From the NCBI GenBank assembly GCA_002633005.1, contig NMRA01000001.1, positions 4,209,180 to 4,273,179 on the forward strand: a stretch of DNA of 64,000 nucleotides, read 5' to 3'. The position numbers and the translations under genes were made by a program. Shown here piece by piece: positions 51,801-64,000 of the stretch; position 1 is the stretch's first letter, and every line of letters starts with the position of its first letter. The DNA is from Phoronis australis (Eukaryota; Animalia; Phoronida). Below the pieces are notes generated by a model. The model did no database searches, had not been told where the DNA came from, and worked only from the letters and a program-made list of their open reading frames with translations.

Positions 51801-54800
51801 TATGGCATCTTTATAATATAGGCACTCTTATAACATGCAAGTAGCATAGACTTGTAGACTGCAGTAACAGCTACATCAGTAAAGAGCATATGTTTTTAAG
51901 AGACGGTTGATAGTTATTCACCAGAGCGTAACTGAGTTGACTTCAGTAATGGAAAATCTCCCTGATGAGGTTGCACTCAGTGCCGGTAAAGCACTGTGTG
52001 TTTATGTGTATTTATGTATTGATGTGGCGGTCAAAGCAATACCGCATAACTGTAAGCATTGCGCTTGTACAATATCTGTCGGGCCGTACAGGTTTTAAGG
52101 CACGCGCGCATGAAGGTTCAGTGTTCAAAGACAGTCATGGCCATTTTCCGATATAACGGGGACAATGAACTATGCTTTATTGCTAAATAGCGGTAGACTG
52201 CTTGTTAGGCGCCACCTATAGTCCAGTTCTGTGGTTTGAGAGGAGATCTATGGCATTGGGATTTCAGTGGGTTTTTTTCTGAATTCTTTGCCATCGTCAT
52301 GCTGTGCAGACGGATATTTTCAAAAATATCTAAATATAGTCCTGTGGGCCTATTTTGGAGACAAGTACAAATTTGTAAGATTTGTTGGGTTCCCAAAATT
52401 TGCCGCCTTAACTAGAAACAGACCTGTCTACAAAATAAACCTAAATAAGGATACCATTTGTGTGTTAAATTCCCTTAGCTACCCATCTTGTTTATTACTT
52501 GTCATTCAGTGTCAATATCCCTGTCTGACTCACATATTCCATTTATAGGACTCGGTTTCTGGAAGTTCATTGGTGTTTATATTAAGGGACCTAGACAGGT
52601 AAAAAAATGCGCTGGAACTAGGTGTAATCATCTGTCTACATACTATGATTTGTTTGGATGTATTGCCAGTCACCCATGTTTTTGGAGTCAGTTACGTACC
52701 TCTTCTGTTCCAGCCCTGTTTACAGGAAACAACAATAAAGCTGTCCATTTCTAAAGGCCATCCGTCTGCCACTCCCACCACTCTGTCAGCCAATCGCACA
52801 TTTGCAGACGATCAGAAGGAGGAGTCAGACTATGACAAGACAGCCCAGTGGAAGTCTGCACCAGACAAGGCACGAGGTGCTCCAGAATCATTGACAGATT
52901 TATATGTAGATGAAGCTTTGTCTGGCCAGGATAGTCATGGTACATATCAGACTGTTGAAATACTGCTCTTAATTTTTAATTACTAGCACCTAATATGGAA
53001 ATTCTCTGACATGATTTATGTGACCAGGTGCAACTATGCTCAACTTCACAACTTTCTATCAGGAAAAATGAAAATTGGTCACAATAATGTGTACAGCATT
53101 GTGTCATTTTATATTCACTTTCTAATTGAAGAGAGTTTAAGATTTTACCACAAACTCCCCTTTTCAACAAGTGATTTGTTTGTAAAGCTAATGTTCATAA
53201 TATGGAGGCTGACTCGCGTCAAGGTAAAAACAAATCCTAGCTGTCTTTTGGTTGGATACAGTCAATTTAACAGTATGTAGTTACAGTTATGAACTCTTTA
53301 ACAAAATTTCCTCTCTAAAAAAGAGGGAGTGCTGGTGGTGTAATTGCAATTCACGCTAGTAAAATTTACCATTTTATGGTTCACAGGGCAGTTTTTTGAG
53401 CTCGACGGTTCATGGCATATTTTTTCAGTCTCTACAAAATAGTTGTTATGCCATCATGCCCGCCGTACATCTTTCGGTGTGCCTTTCATCTGGTGTCTGT
53501 TGCTGTATCTCCAAAGCCCCTTGATACATGTTTGTGAAATTTTCATTCATGGTCCTGTCATGGATGGGATGGCACAAGCAAATTTTCGGATGGATCCGAC
53601 TATGGCTGTGCTATCTAGTGGCAATTTTTTACGTTTTGCAGTTCCTTGTCCAATTTTCATGAAAATTTGCAATTAGGTATTTATTAAGGAGACGACGACG
53701 ACAATGTCTTCCCATTTTCAAATGATTTCAATCTATTCTGTGGCACCTAGTAGCCATTTTACTGTTTTCATCTGTTTTGGTGTTCGCTTTTCAATCCTCA
53801 AGCCGCCCGAAGAATCATTATTAAAATTGGCAGATGTTTTCCTGTTGAGATGAACATTGTTGATCTTTATTTTCGGATGATTCCATGGTTCCAACTACTT
53901 GTGGCATCCCCTAGTGGTAATTGTTTGTATTTGAGGCTGTATCCTGTGAATATGACAACGGTTGACCAAGTCTTTTTGAGGAAACTGACCATCGCTGTCC
54001 CCCCTAGTGGAAGTTTATTTATTTTTTCATTTGCCTCTGTATTGTCGGAGTTTCTGGATGCATTCTCATGAAATTCAGTAAATATGTGTCTATTAAAGAG
54101 ATAGCGATAACTTTTTATTTTCAATCAGATTCTATATTCTGTGGCACCTTCTAATGGCAGTTTTGTTTTTTCTCGTCCGTGGATATATCTTTTTAATCTG
54201 GTGCATTTGTAGGAATGTCACAATGGATGACAACTTTTGGATGGATCCGATTACCATTGTGCCCCTTGGTTGAAATTTTAGTCTGCTTTTTCCTCTATGT
54301 CTTTGTAGTTCTTTGACGGAAATACATGTTACATGGCAAAAAGGTTTCCATTAAAGAAACAATTACACGACCATCCCATTTTCGGATGGATTTGATGCGT
54401 TGTGTCACCTGATGGCCATTTATATTTCTGGGTCTAGTTTTTGACTTCTGCTAATCTATCAGCTGGATCACTTCAAGAATCATCATTAAAATTTTGATTC
54501 ATGATTCTTCTGGGAAGTGCACAAATATACCGCTAGTTTGGGAGTGTCCATTTAAACAACAGACAATAGAGTCGTGTGTTAAACCAGTTGCAGATTACTG
54601 TTGGTGGTCAAACATTCGGACTAAAATCACAAATCATGGACTGCTTGAAAAGCACAATCACAATCAAGGCATGATCAATTTCCCAAGTCAGGGACAACAA
54701 AAATGAGCAAAAAACATTCTTCATCCTCTGTAAAAAGCTGTCGATGGTCTCAGCCTCTAAAGCTGTCTGAGATAACGTGGTTGTGTGTGCCCTGACCTGT

Positions 54801-57800
54801 TATGTTTTACAGCACGCCTCTCGTTAACCACATTTGTACAAAATTTCAGCTGTTGAGGACACTCCACAGAAGTCTGCCAAATCCCAGATTAAGTTGTGGG
54901 AAGAAAGATTGCTAGATAACAAGGAAGTTAAAATGGCTGACAGTAGGGAATTTCAAAAGGCTCAGACAGGTAAGAAGAGAATGGAAATATTTTTTTTGTG
55001 CATGCACGTATTCACAGTTAATTCTTCAAATTTTTAGCATGCAATGTGGTGGACGGGTGGAATTTTATTTTGTCAAGTTCATAACGAAAAATAAAAATTT
55101 TGAAAATTTTATGCTGTTGTTGGCCATGTAGTTGTCATAAAATAATGATTAGTCTACGCTTTGGTTATCCATAACAATTTAATCAGTATTTGGATAATAG
55201 AGAAAAAACTTGGTATTTTTGTTCAAAATATAAGAAGAATTACTGTAGGCCCATGCACATGTATCCAGAATAATGTGTTTTAAAATGAAAAAAATTTTAC
55301 TCTCATGACAAGTGTTTCAAATGTAGGCGCACGTCTAATCTTCTCACCAGGTGAAGGTATTTATCTCTTGTGTGAATATCTCAGACAGGGATTTTAATAT
55401 TTTTTGTGTATTTCTAATACTTTTTGTGCCATCCATCCGGCGTCCTGGCTTTCGTCCAGCATCCGCTGGCGTTTCTTTGATGTTTGTGAAATTTTGCAAA
55501 CATGTTCCTGTTATGCATAGTACAGTATGAGCAAATTTTTGGACGGATTCAACAGGTGCTGTGTCCTTTTCTGGCAGTTTTAGTTTTCTCCGTTAGCATC
55601 TATATCTAAAAAGTTCCTTGACAGATTTTGTGCAGTTTAGCAAGTAGGTTTCTATAGTGGAGACGACGGCACCTTTCCATTTTCAGATGGATTGTATGTA
55701 ATGTGTACTCCCTAGTGACCTTTTTTGTTTTTCTGTCAAGAAAGTGCTTGAAGAATCATTTTGAAGTTTCAGATGTGCTCCTATTGGCATGAGCACATTG
55801 ATTTCTGGGCAGGTCAAAGTGCTGTGGTGCCTCCAAGTGTCAATTAAGCTTATCGTTGCATGTGCCTCTATATCTACCAAGCCATTTAGCCCTCTGGCAT
55901 GCACATTCCATGTCACTCAGTTCCACGTAGCAAAATGGCTACCCTGCTATATGTATTCAAAGTCATGTGATAGCTAACCGCTGTCTCTCTCTCTATATAT
56001 ATATGTATTCTAGTCTACATTGTTTTGAAAATTATAGTTGTCTTTAATTAATTCTTGCTCACTTTGTCTTCTGTTCCATTCAGTCTCAATCTTTTTGCCC
56101 CCTGTTGGTCTTTACAGTTTCAACTCCTCATCCTATTATTTTGAAAGTAATTACAGATTTATCATAAATTTTCATGAATTGATGGAGGGACGACAGTTCC
56201 GTTTGATGCCTAGCATATTACAACAACAGTAGAGACCATTCTGGTCTGTTCTAGTGTTACAATCCAAGGCTTTGTACCTTGCTGTTTATACCTTTTGTTG
56301 TAAATTATTTCTTCAACCGTTTCAATCTCAACCATGGTTGTCCTGTTTCAGACAATGTCGCATGGGATATCACCAGGTCTCCTGAAAGACCTGACCAGCT
56401 AGACCTGTTGGACAATAACAATGAAGATTATGTTAGAAAGAGCAAGTGTACCTATATGGAGATATCTCATTTGGCTGATGACACACATGTGGTGCCCTCT
56501 GGTGAGCTGAAGGAGGAACAGGCAAATGTAAATGTGACAACAGAAGCACCAGGAACAGCCTTCACTGTCACTTTAGGTATGATGGCTAGTGAGTGCTGTT
56601 CACCTTTGGAAATGCAGCAAATTGCGTTTATTAGTCTAGACCACAGGATGTTTCATCGAAACAGGAACTCCGGTGTAAAACAGATATCCCAGAGTCGAGT
56701 AAAGACTCCTGAACCTTCAAAGCAGCTAACCAGCTTGAAAATCAGAAACCCCAGCCTTTAAAACAGGAATCCTGATATCGGACAGGAAACGCGGACCATT
56801 TTTTTCCGGTCCCCGGGGTGTATGTCTGATCCCTGGATTCTTGTTTTAAAGGTCGAGGTTACCGTTTTTCGGGCTGGCTGACTGTTTTGAGGGTGTGGGA
56901 GTCTGTTTTCAACTCCGGGTTATCTGTTTTCCTCCAGGGTTCGTGTTTTGGTGGAACATCCTGGACCAGATCATTTTGGATTACTTTGCGAGATGAAATT
57001 TCATAAAGTGTGTATGTCTTGAAGTTTATGCTTATTTGTTTTTTCGGTCCTTAAAAACTTGAGGCGTAATTTTTGGCGGAATTGGACCAAAGATGGTACT
57101 GTGGTAATCATTTTCTAAGAATTTTTGTCCTTTAAGGTATTCTGTAGAAACTTGATTTGTTGATAGATCTCACCAACCGCCATCTGGAGTGTGTCATCCA
57201 TTTCTCTTGACAACTTGCCGCTAATAAAACACTTTAGATTTTCGGATGATTTCTCTCTGTTGACAGACACTTTTGAAATGATTATCTTGTCAAGCCCATA
57301 TCTCACTCTGCCTTAACATTCTCGAGTTATTCGAGATTTGCTGACCTGATGACTTCTGGTGACCAATTTCTAAATTGCATGTTCAACAGTCAGGAGACAT
57401 ACTACAATTTCCGTGTCAGGCATCATGCACTAATTTGCCATGACAATTAGATTATTTTTGATGTGTACTGTCAATTGGAAGTCTGTGGATAGCCTTTTGA
57501 GTTGTACTATATAGCCCAACTTTGGTTTCTTTCTGACCAGATGGTGACGATAATGCTGTTATTGCAAGCTCTCCTGTGTCCGCCAACTTAAGTAACTTTT
57601 TGCCATCAAAGATCCGGCGAAGTTTTCGTGAAAGGGCAGCATCGAGAAAGGAAAAGGAAAGTGAAAAAGAGGTCAGTATCAAACATTGGCGAAGTAATAC
57701 TCTGCTGGGAAGCTGTACTTGAAAAGTACCCTTTTTCGTCGCCGTTGGTGACGGCCGACGTGGAAGTGGCAAACAATTATTCTTCTTTAGTACAGCAGGT

Positions 57801-60800
57801 TTCACCAACAACTGATTCTGCTACCATCAGAATAGTGTTTGAATTGAATTTCTGAGCCAACACTGCGTCATCCTGCGACAGTCTCCCCGGAAGAGTGTGA
57901 TTGCTATGTAGACACTCCACTCTAATGATAACTCAGCTACTCAGCTGTCAAATGACAGTTATCAATGGAACTGTGTGTCCTAACCATTGGGTGTTATAGT
58001 CAAGTGCACCCAAGTGTACTGAAAATTTCAAAATGCAGCAAGACTTGATTTGTAAACAGTGCATTAATGCCTGTAGTCAGAAAACTATATTGTCTGTATT
58101 TGTGTCATTGAAAATATGTTAGCGTGGAATGCTCTCTACAGTATTTTATGGAGAAAACAAAATTATTTATTGTAATTTGAACCATCATATTTGTTCTTTC
58201 ATTCGCCAAAATTCTTTTTTGCACTGATTTTGACAGAAGTCATAGTAACCAGGTGCATGTTTTGCTGCCAAAGTTCTCAATTATTATTTTTTATCATTGT
58301 TTGCCAATCATAACTTCAGAGTTGTTAGCCAATCATAACTTCGGGTTTGTTAGCCAATTATAACTTTGGCATTACTCTCTAAAGTAGCGAGTCAATCTGC
58401 CACGTTTTGATCATTTGCAGTTTCACATGACCCACCATGCTTGTCTTTACCTTTGGAAAGTAGCAATTAAAACAAGGCAGGTAATTAGCTCTCAAAACTG
58501 CGACAAAAGATAGATACCTTGTTCTGAACTTAATGTGGCGTAGAATGAGAGTCCACAGCAAGGGTTGGGCACCAGTTGCTGGTGCCGGCATTGCACCAAA
58601 TATCGAAATCAAGAATTCCATTGACAATAGTATGGGAACAGAGAGTACTCAATGGCATATTCGGTACCTTGAAAACTGAAAGTGCGGTTGATTTAATGTT
58701 TTCAGTGCTTTATTTTCCAATTCATTTAACAATTCCGTACACGAAACAAGACAGTATTAAGTGAAACTCCAGTTAGCAAAGTGATGCCTACGCTGCAGTT
58801 TCTACAGACTAATGCCTGAAGTATGGTTTGAGTTAAACTCGGGCAAGGTATGACTAGGGTTAAATGTAATCTTTAATTCGTCTTTGGTTCTTGTGAACAT
58901 GGACACTGTTTCTGTTAAGGACGTTTCCCCCACTCGGCAAAAGAAAATAGATGACCTATGGAATTCAAGCATGGCCACTGGCCAGAAAGACAAACGGAAA
59001 CAGCGACAGGACGTGAAATATGGGTCAGATGGTCAGTCTGGTAGCGATGGTGAAGACGATAGGAGTTCAAGGAGTGAGGGCCCACCCTCCACAGGTTACT
59101 GTCGTTTTACTTTAGATTTTAATTGTAGATGAACTGTCAGTAAATACAAGTTGTATTGCATAGCATCACATCATTGAAAGTAAGCGGAATTGCTTACAAA
59201 GGGCCTGTACAACATATTCGGATGCAAAAGGCGCCTAACTCGGTTGACAGTAAAAATGACTGTTTATGGCGATTATTGTGGCAAAATTCAAATTACAGAA
59301 TGACTTAGCCACCCTTGTAACTTTCCTGTTAATACCCTCTGATTCACGGTCATGAATGAAAGCTTTCACCCAGCTATTGTGATGGGGAATTCTGGGTCAT
59401 TTTGTTTGAATACTTTTGGTGTGTTTTGTATGAAGTGAATATTGCCGTTATTCTGTTGCGCCGTTGAGTTGTCCACTCAATGTCTCAAAAACCGCTGGTC
59501 GGATCCTGATGAAATTTGACTCTAGGATATATGGCATCACCAGAGACGTGCATGCCACTTCTCAATTTTGGTGTTTTTTGGGAAGAGCATTTTCAGAAAA
59601 TGTATAGAGAATCGATGGATAGATTTCAGTAGTCAATTTTTGTGTGGATTTGATCACTGCGCAATCTCCTTGGCGGGTCTTTTTCTGTACTTTTTGGGGG
59701 TAGGTGCATTTCCGGATAATAGCTAGAGAACCAATTGACATATTTTATGAAACTTGACACAGGGGTTTGTGACAGTAATGCGCCACCACTAGTCAATTTG
59801 CAGATGGATTCGATCACTGTTACATGTAGCATAGACTGTAAGTTGTTAAACTCAATTTCTCTTAATTACATCAAAGACTGCTGTAGTGATGTTACTCTTG
59901 AGGTGTCTTAGTTGTGTTGTGACTTTTTCAGCAAAACGAAAGTCTGCTGTATACAAATCTCGTGAAACAAAAGCTCAGTCTAAGAAGAATTCCGCTCAGA
60001 TGGCCAGACAGTCGAACACTTATCTCATAGACAAGATGCTGGAAAGCTCAAAGGAGAATGCTCAACAAAAGCCGACTAGAGAATGGCCACCAACAGAACA
60101 TTCTCTGTATAAGGAGGCGCGGTCACATGACTATAACTCATCAGCTGGGATGACTGACCGGTCGATGCCGCCGTTACAAACATCCCTTGGTGTCCCTGAT
60201 CTTGCTGGTCGACTGTGTCAGACAGGAGTCGACCGGTCACCTGTGGTCAGTCCAGCTGGGACATACACAATAGAGGATGAACCTGAAGAGGTGACACAAG
60301 CTCGCCGGAGTATTGAGCAAGCACTTAGTGAGAGTGTGGAAAGTAGCGCCACCTTGAGGGACATATCAGTTAGTAGCAGGAATAAAGAATATGATGATTC
60401 ACTTGATGAAGAGGATGATGAGTTTGAAGAAGAGGTTGGAGCTGACGAGGTGACTAGTAGCTTACAAGTGGAGGTGGGAGATGGTGATTATACTCAGGTG
60501 AGGGCGCTAGTTGTTTGGTTAATGTACTAGGGGTGGAATGTGTGATGAGCTGCCACTAGTAACTTATGGTGGAGGTGGAAGATGGTGATTATACTGAGGT
60601 GAGGGCGCTAGTTGTATGATTGATATACGAAGGGTGGAGAGTATGATGAGCTGACTAGTAGCTTACAAGTGGAGGTGGGAGATGGTGATTATACTAAGGT
60701 GAGGGCGCTAGTTGTATGGTAGATGTATTAGGATTTGGAAAGTGTCAAGATCAGACCAGTAGCTTGAAGGTGGAGGTGGCAAATTGGGAAGTAGTGCAAA

Positions 60801-61356
60801 TATTCTTGTGAAGGCACTAGTTGTTGTGGTGGGGTAGTGAAGTGAAGCTCACATGCTGATTAGTTGTATACGATTGTGTAATCAACTGTTGCATGTCACT
60901 AATCAAGAGTGTGGAGCCAGATGTTCCGAATTCACTTTTTGACTTGTAAAGTGACAGAGCAGGTCCGATTTTGCTCTGATTGGGAGAAGCCATGTACAAC
61001 TTTTTTACCACAGCCTAATACACTTGGATTGTCATATGCGAAGTCGATACTAATTTTTGAGTGTGTAGACAGGACTTAAGGAAGATGGAAGAGAGTGATG
61101 AGTGAAAATTTTGCGCAACTGAACGTGCTAGTGTCTGTCTAGAATGCTTGGAAAACAGTTCAAATGGTTTGAGTGTCCCAGAATACTGCATTTAGAAAAA
61201 CTGCCTTTACAAAAAAACTGTCAAAATCCTCTAAGTAGATCCAAATACTGGAAAAAGTGATAGGAGCTGGATAGCACCTCATACACACTCATTTGTGTGT
61301 TACAGTTGGATATTGGGGATATTAGAAGCAGAATGGACAAAAAAAAATCAGCTCAT
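45801..61356 (+). CDS. CEP170: Centrosomal protein of 170 kDa (CEP170/CEP170B family, N-terminal FHA domain), 5' portion; the gene continues past the window
   Basis: FHA exons 45801-45920 (MPSASSITTNWSLVDNNGIPFRLPRTMVFLGREECDISLK), 47160-47249 (SRSVDKRHAVITYD...KDLSSVNG) and 49863-49941 (TFVNDHRIPDQVYIPLENEDTIRFGY) match recalled human RLPREMIFVGRDDC / SRSVDKQHAVINYD / TFVNDVRIPEQTYITL..RFGYD. Further in-phase exons: 50961-51061, 52714-52939, 54850-54969, 56352-56576, 57541-57671, 58920-59094, 59932-60497 (contains SPAGTYTIE...QARRSIEQ, cf. human SDAGTYTIE...EARKMIDK) and tentatively 61306-61356. Middle exons are less certain. Confidence 0.9.
46612..46978. repeat. 31-bp minisatellite
   Basis: Unit GTCATACCTGGAGACATCGTATTGTGTTAAC, about 11-12 copies. 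Confidence 0.9.
47283..47512. repeat. ~35-bp minisatellite just downstream of the second CEP170 coding exon
   Basis: Unit approximately TTAGTATTGCCCTTGTGTTACTCATCATAACTAAG. Confidence 0.8.
49942..50960 (+). other. CEP170: U12-type (minor spliceosome) AT-AC intron in CEP170
   Basis: 5' splice site ATATCCTT at 49942-49949, branch site CCTTAAC at 50944-50950, terminal AC at 50959-50960. Splicing restores the frame as RFGY-D-STVFRLE, colinear with human RFGYD-TNLF. Confidence 0.9.
51020..51380 (+). repeat. ~69-bp tandem array beginning inside a CEP170 exon and spanning its donor
   Basis: Unit GACAYYAGAGGGCGTTCACAYCYGACCAATAGATTGTCAG|GTGAGTTGTGG..., ~5.5 copies. Confidence 0.85.
53420..54500 (+). 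repeat. Copy of the same composite CCTAGTGG-type dispersed repeat
   Basis: Repeated GATGGATCCGA, TGTGGCACCTAGT, CCCCTAGTGG and ATGAAATT motifs, as at 2860-4330. Confidence 0.65.
56644..56963. mobile_element. Foldback (fully palindromic) MITE with a 5-bp TSD in a CEP170 intron
   Basis: The left arm CAGGATGTTTCATCGAAACAGGAAC...CCTTTAAAACAGGAATCC pairs over ~150 bp with the right arm GGATTCTTGTTTTAAAGG...GTTTTGGTGGAACATCCTG. GACCA flanks both sides (56639-56643, 56964-56968). Confidence 0.85.
60440..60780 (+). repeat. ~101-bp tandem array spanning the donor of the large CEP170 exon
   Basis: ACTAGTAGCTTACAAGTGGAGGTGGGAGATGGTGATTATACTNAG|GTGAGGGCGCTAGTTG occurs three times, plus a partial fourth copy. 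Confidence 0.9.
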
Positions 61357-62699
61357 GTAAGGTTAAATGGCAATATGGAGACTAATGAACTGTCATGGTT
61401 CCTTCTTTCGTCTTGTGTTCCAAGTCGCTGATCTTGTGGTCAGAGCTGTTGATCTGTTCAAAGTTGCTTCAGTCTTTGGATTAATTATGATTTGCTTCTG
61501 ATCAGCTGACTTCTTTGTTGGATAATACTGTAAACATAAGGGTTATCACCCTAACTTGTCTGCACATCGAGAGAATGTGCACTTTACCAGAGATGGGCAT
61601 TGAAATCGTAACTTTTGAGAAATTGGGGCTGGTGGTTACCCGAACTTGTTCGCTTAACATGAGCCAGATAGTTGCTCTCGCCACGTATGACGTCCACAGA
61701 CCAGAAATTGCCACATGTCCAGTTGTCGACACGAACGTTGTATCTGTTTTTTCTAACTGACAAATGTATTGAAGTTTTTAAATATGCAACTAGAGACTGA
61801 TGAAAATACATGTTGAAAAACTGCCTGCCAAAGGGGTTGACGATGCGAAGCTGGACTAGTCTAACCGATGAAACCTGACACAGAAGTGTGTGATCGTAAT
61901 GGTGGCACCATTAAATTTCTGGTTGGACATTTGGGTCTTGAAAATGAGTTTTTTTGAACAACAAACAAACTAGCAAGAAAATCACTTTGTGACAGTAACA
62001 TACTCGATGCATTTCATTTTGGTAAATTATAATAATTAGCTTTGCATGAAATGAAAAGTCTCATTATTAGGGGATTCAGGTTTGCTCCTGTGCCTCACAT
62101 GTGCCTTATATGGAAAATAGGTCAGCCACAAAATGACACGTGGCTTGTCACTTCTGATTCAGGACTTGGCTCTTACAACTACGACAAAAGACGGGCTTTT
62201 GGAAAATAAATTTGATGTCTGATAGGATGATAGACTGTAGGTGACTGTAAACTCTGTAACTGTCAATTTCAACAATGCTGACATTTTTAATGCACTGCAA
62301 AAGATGCTAACAGAACACAATGTTCCCAGCAATGGGTGCAAACTACACTGCTATTCAAAATTGATCCATGATCCTGTTATTGTATTTGAAAGCATGCCTA
62401 ATTGTTTTGAAATTCAATTGGGTGTAGTAAGTTGCTTGAGCTTTGAGCACTTATTGAAATTGAAAATTCTCGATTAATATATGGTAGGCATTTAATCCGA
62501 ACATTTTCAAAATTAAGGCTGGTTGGTTACGTGAGTGAGGGTATAAATCCGCATGTTTACGGTGTTGCACATTAGAATGTGTTTGTAAAGTACATGTGTA
62601 TACCAAATGTTAAAAACATGTTATTTGCAATTATAGCATTCTTACATGTAATCAGCAAATAAGTTACCATAATGCATACATCAGCACTAACCTTGTTTA

Positions 62700-63760
62700 A
62701 GATGGATTTGACCTATATTGCACCCCCAAGTGGCCTTTCTATTGTTTTTATGTCCTTTGCGGTAGGACTCCCTATTTACAACTTTCTTATGAAATTTGGC
62801 AAACAACTTCTATGTTGAGATGAATTGGACCTATTCCATACCGCCTAGTGGCCATTTTTTATTATTTCTGGATGTTTTTTCCCATCTGCCTAAATATCTG
62901 CCAAACCGCTCAGAGGATGATCATGAAAATTGGCATATGTGTGTTCCTACTGACAAGAGCATGGCTAACATATATTTTCAGGTGTGTCCAACAACTGTGT
63001 ACCCCCTGAATTTTTTTTACGTCTTCAGCTGTATCTCCTAAATCCCATGCAAGATCTTTTTGACATGTGGCAGGTGTATTCCTATTAACTCGACAACAGA
63101 TGGACAGATCATGTTTGGCTCTGTATATACGGAGTTCCTTGACAGATTTTCTTGAAATTTGGCAAATGACTTTCTGTTAAAGAGACAATGACACCTTTCC
63201 ATTTTCAGATGGACTTGCCGTAATGTACGTTGCCTATTGTCCATTTTTATTATTTTCGACTCTTGTCGGCCAAACCACTCTGTGCATCAATATGAAAATT
63301 GGCATATGTGTTTGTTGTGGGAAGAGCATGGCTGACGATGATTTTCTGACAATTTCGACTACTGTGGCACCACCTAATGACAGTTTTGTTTTTTCACTTT
63401 TGCAGCTGTTTGTCCTATACATTTTGCAGGATCTTTGAAAAATGTGGCAGATTTATTTCTGTGAATGAACAACGAATGACCACAGGTTTCAGACTTACCC
63501 GACTGCTGTTACGTCTCATAAATGTGTGTCTTTTCTTTGTCGTCTGCCTCCCTATTCGCCAAACTGATTGAAGAATAGTGATGAAAGAAGCCTGGTGTTC
63601 CTGTTGAGCAGGGCATTGCTGAGTTACTTTTCACCCGCTATAGGCTATTTTCAGTTCACTAGCATTGCTCCTGAAGTGGGAATGTTTGAAATAATGACCA
63701 TCCCTTTCATCTGCCCTGTACATGATGTACACAATGGGTACATATCAGGGCTCTGTGCTA
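62700..63760 (+). repeat. Copy of the same composite dispersed repeat, including its conserved end segment
   Basis: GATGGATTTGAC, GAAATTTGGCAAA, CCGCCTAGTGGCC and GGCCAAACCACTC motifs. The end GGCTATTTTCAGTTCACTAGCATTG matches GGCTATTTTAAGTTTACTAGCATTG at ~4224. Confidence 0.7.
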
Positions 63761-64000
63761 CTCCTGTCACTCAAGTGTTTCATATATATGGCACATGCAT
63801 GTTTTTTGGACGTAGGTGCAGTTTTGTTGCGCGTGCATAAATACACAGTGCATATATAAGCACATACCTGAACATTGAATTTTACTAGTCTGGGTAGTTG
63901 GACACAAATCTTGTCTTTGTGCTACAAGCTCCACAGTTGTTCAGAGATAGTTGTTCACAATAGGTTAATCTGTCGACTGCTGAGATAACCACCAGCCTAT

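Noticed and set aside
54813-54849. Stronger-looking acceptor TTTTACAG at 54812 for a CEP170 exon
   Set aside because: It does not preserve the downstream reading frame. The acceptor at 54849 gives the required phase 1.
61069-62240. Additional candidate CEP170 exons at ~61070 and ~62163
   Set aside because: They hit in-frame stops before any convincing donor.

Overview
This is AT-rich, intron-containing genomic DNA from an animal, probably a marine invertebrate (inference), so most ORFs in the ORF track are spurious. Four protein-coding genes can be reconstructed by hand. (1) The last three coding exons and 3' region of phospholipase C beta-4 (PLCB4/norpA type, +, CDS ends 4771). (2) A two-exon F-box/leucine-rich-repeat gene (+, 11821-17159, ~642 aa). 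(3) A complete 16-exon SDCCAG8 gene (-, 36113 to 20158, 720 aa). (4) The 5' part of CEP170 (+, first exon ends 36304, ATG 45801, running off the window). SDCCAG8 and CEP170 sit head-to-head across a bidirectional promoter of under 200 bp with ETS and NRF1-like motifs, as in human 1q43. CEP170 keeps a minor-spliceosome AT-AC intron (49942-50960). The most unusual signal is four separate short tandem duplications centred on exon boundaries, which create arrays of decoy splice sites or uORFs. Also notable are a candidate 6-nt Pro-stop microexon that would remove the PLCB4 C-terminal tail, an AG|GTAAGA recursive-type acceptor in SDCCAG8, several MITEs (two with 5-bp TSDs) and a dispersed repeat family carrying CTCF-like motifs. 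Gene identities rest on recalled human protein sequences; no searches were run.
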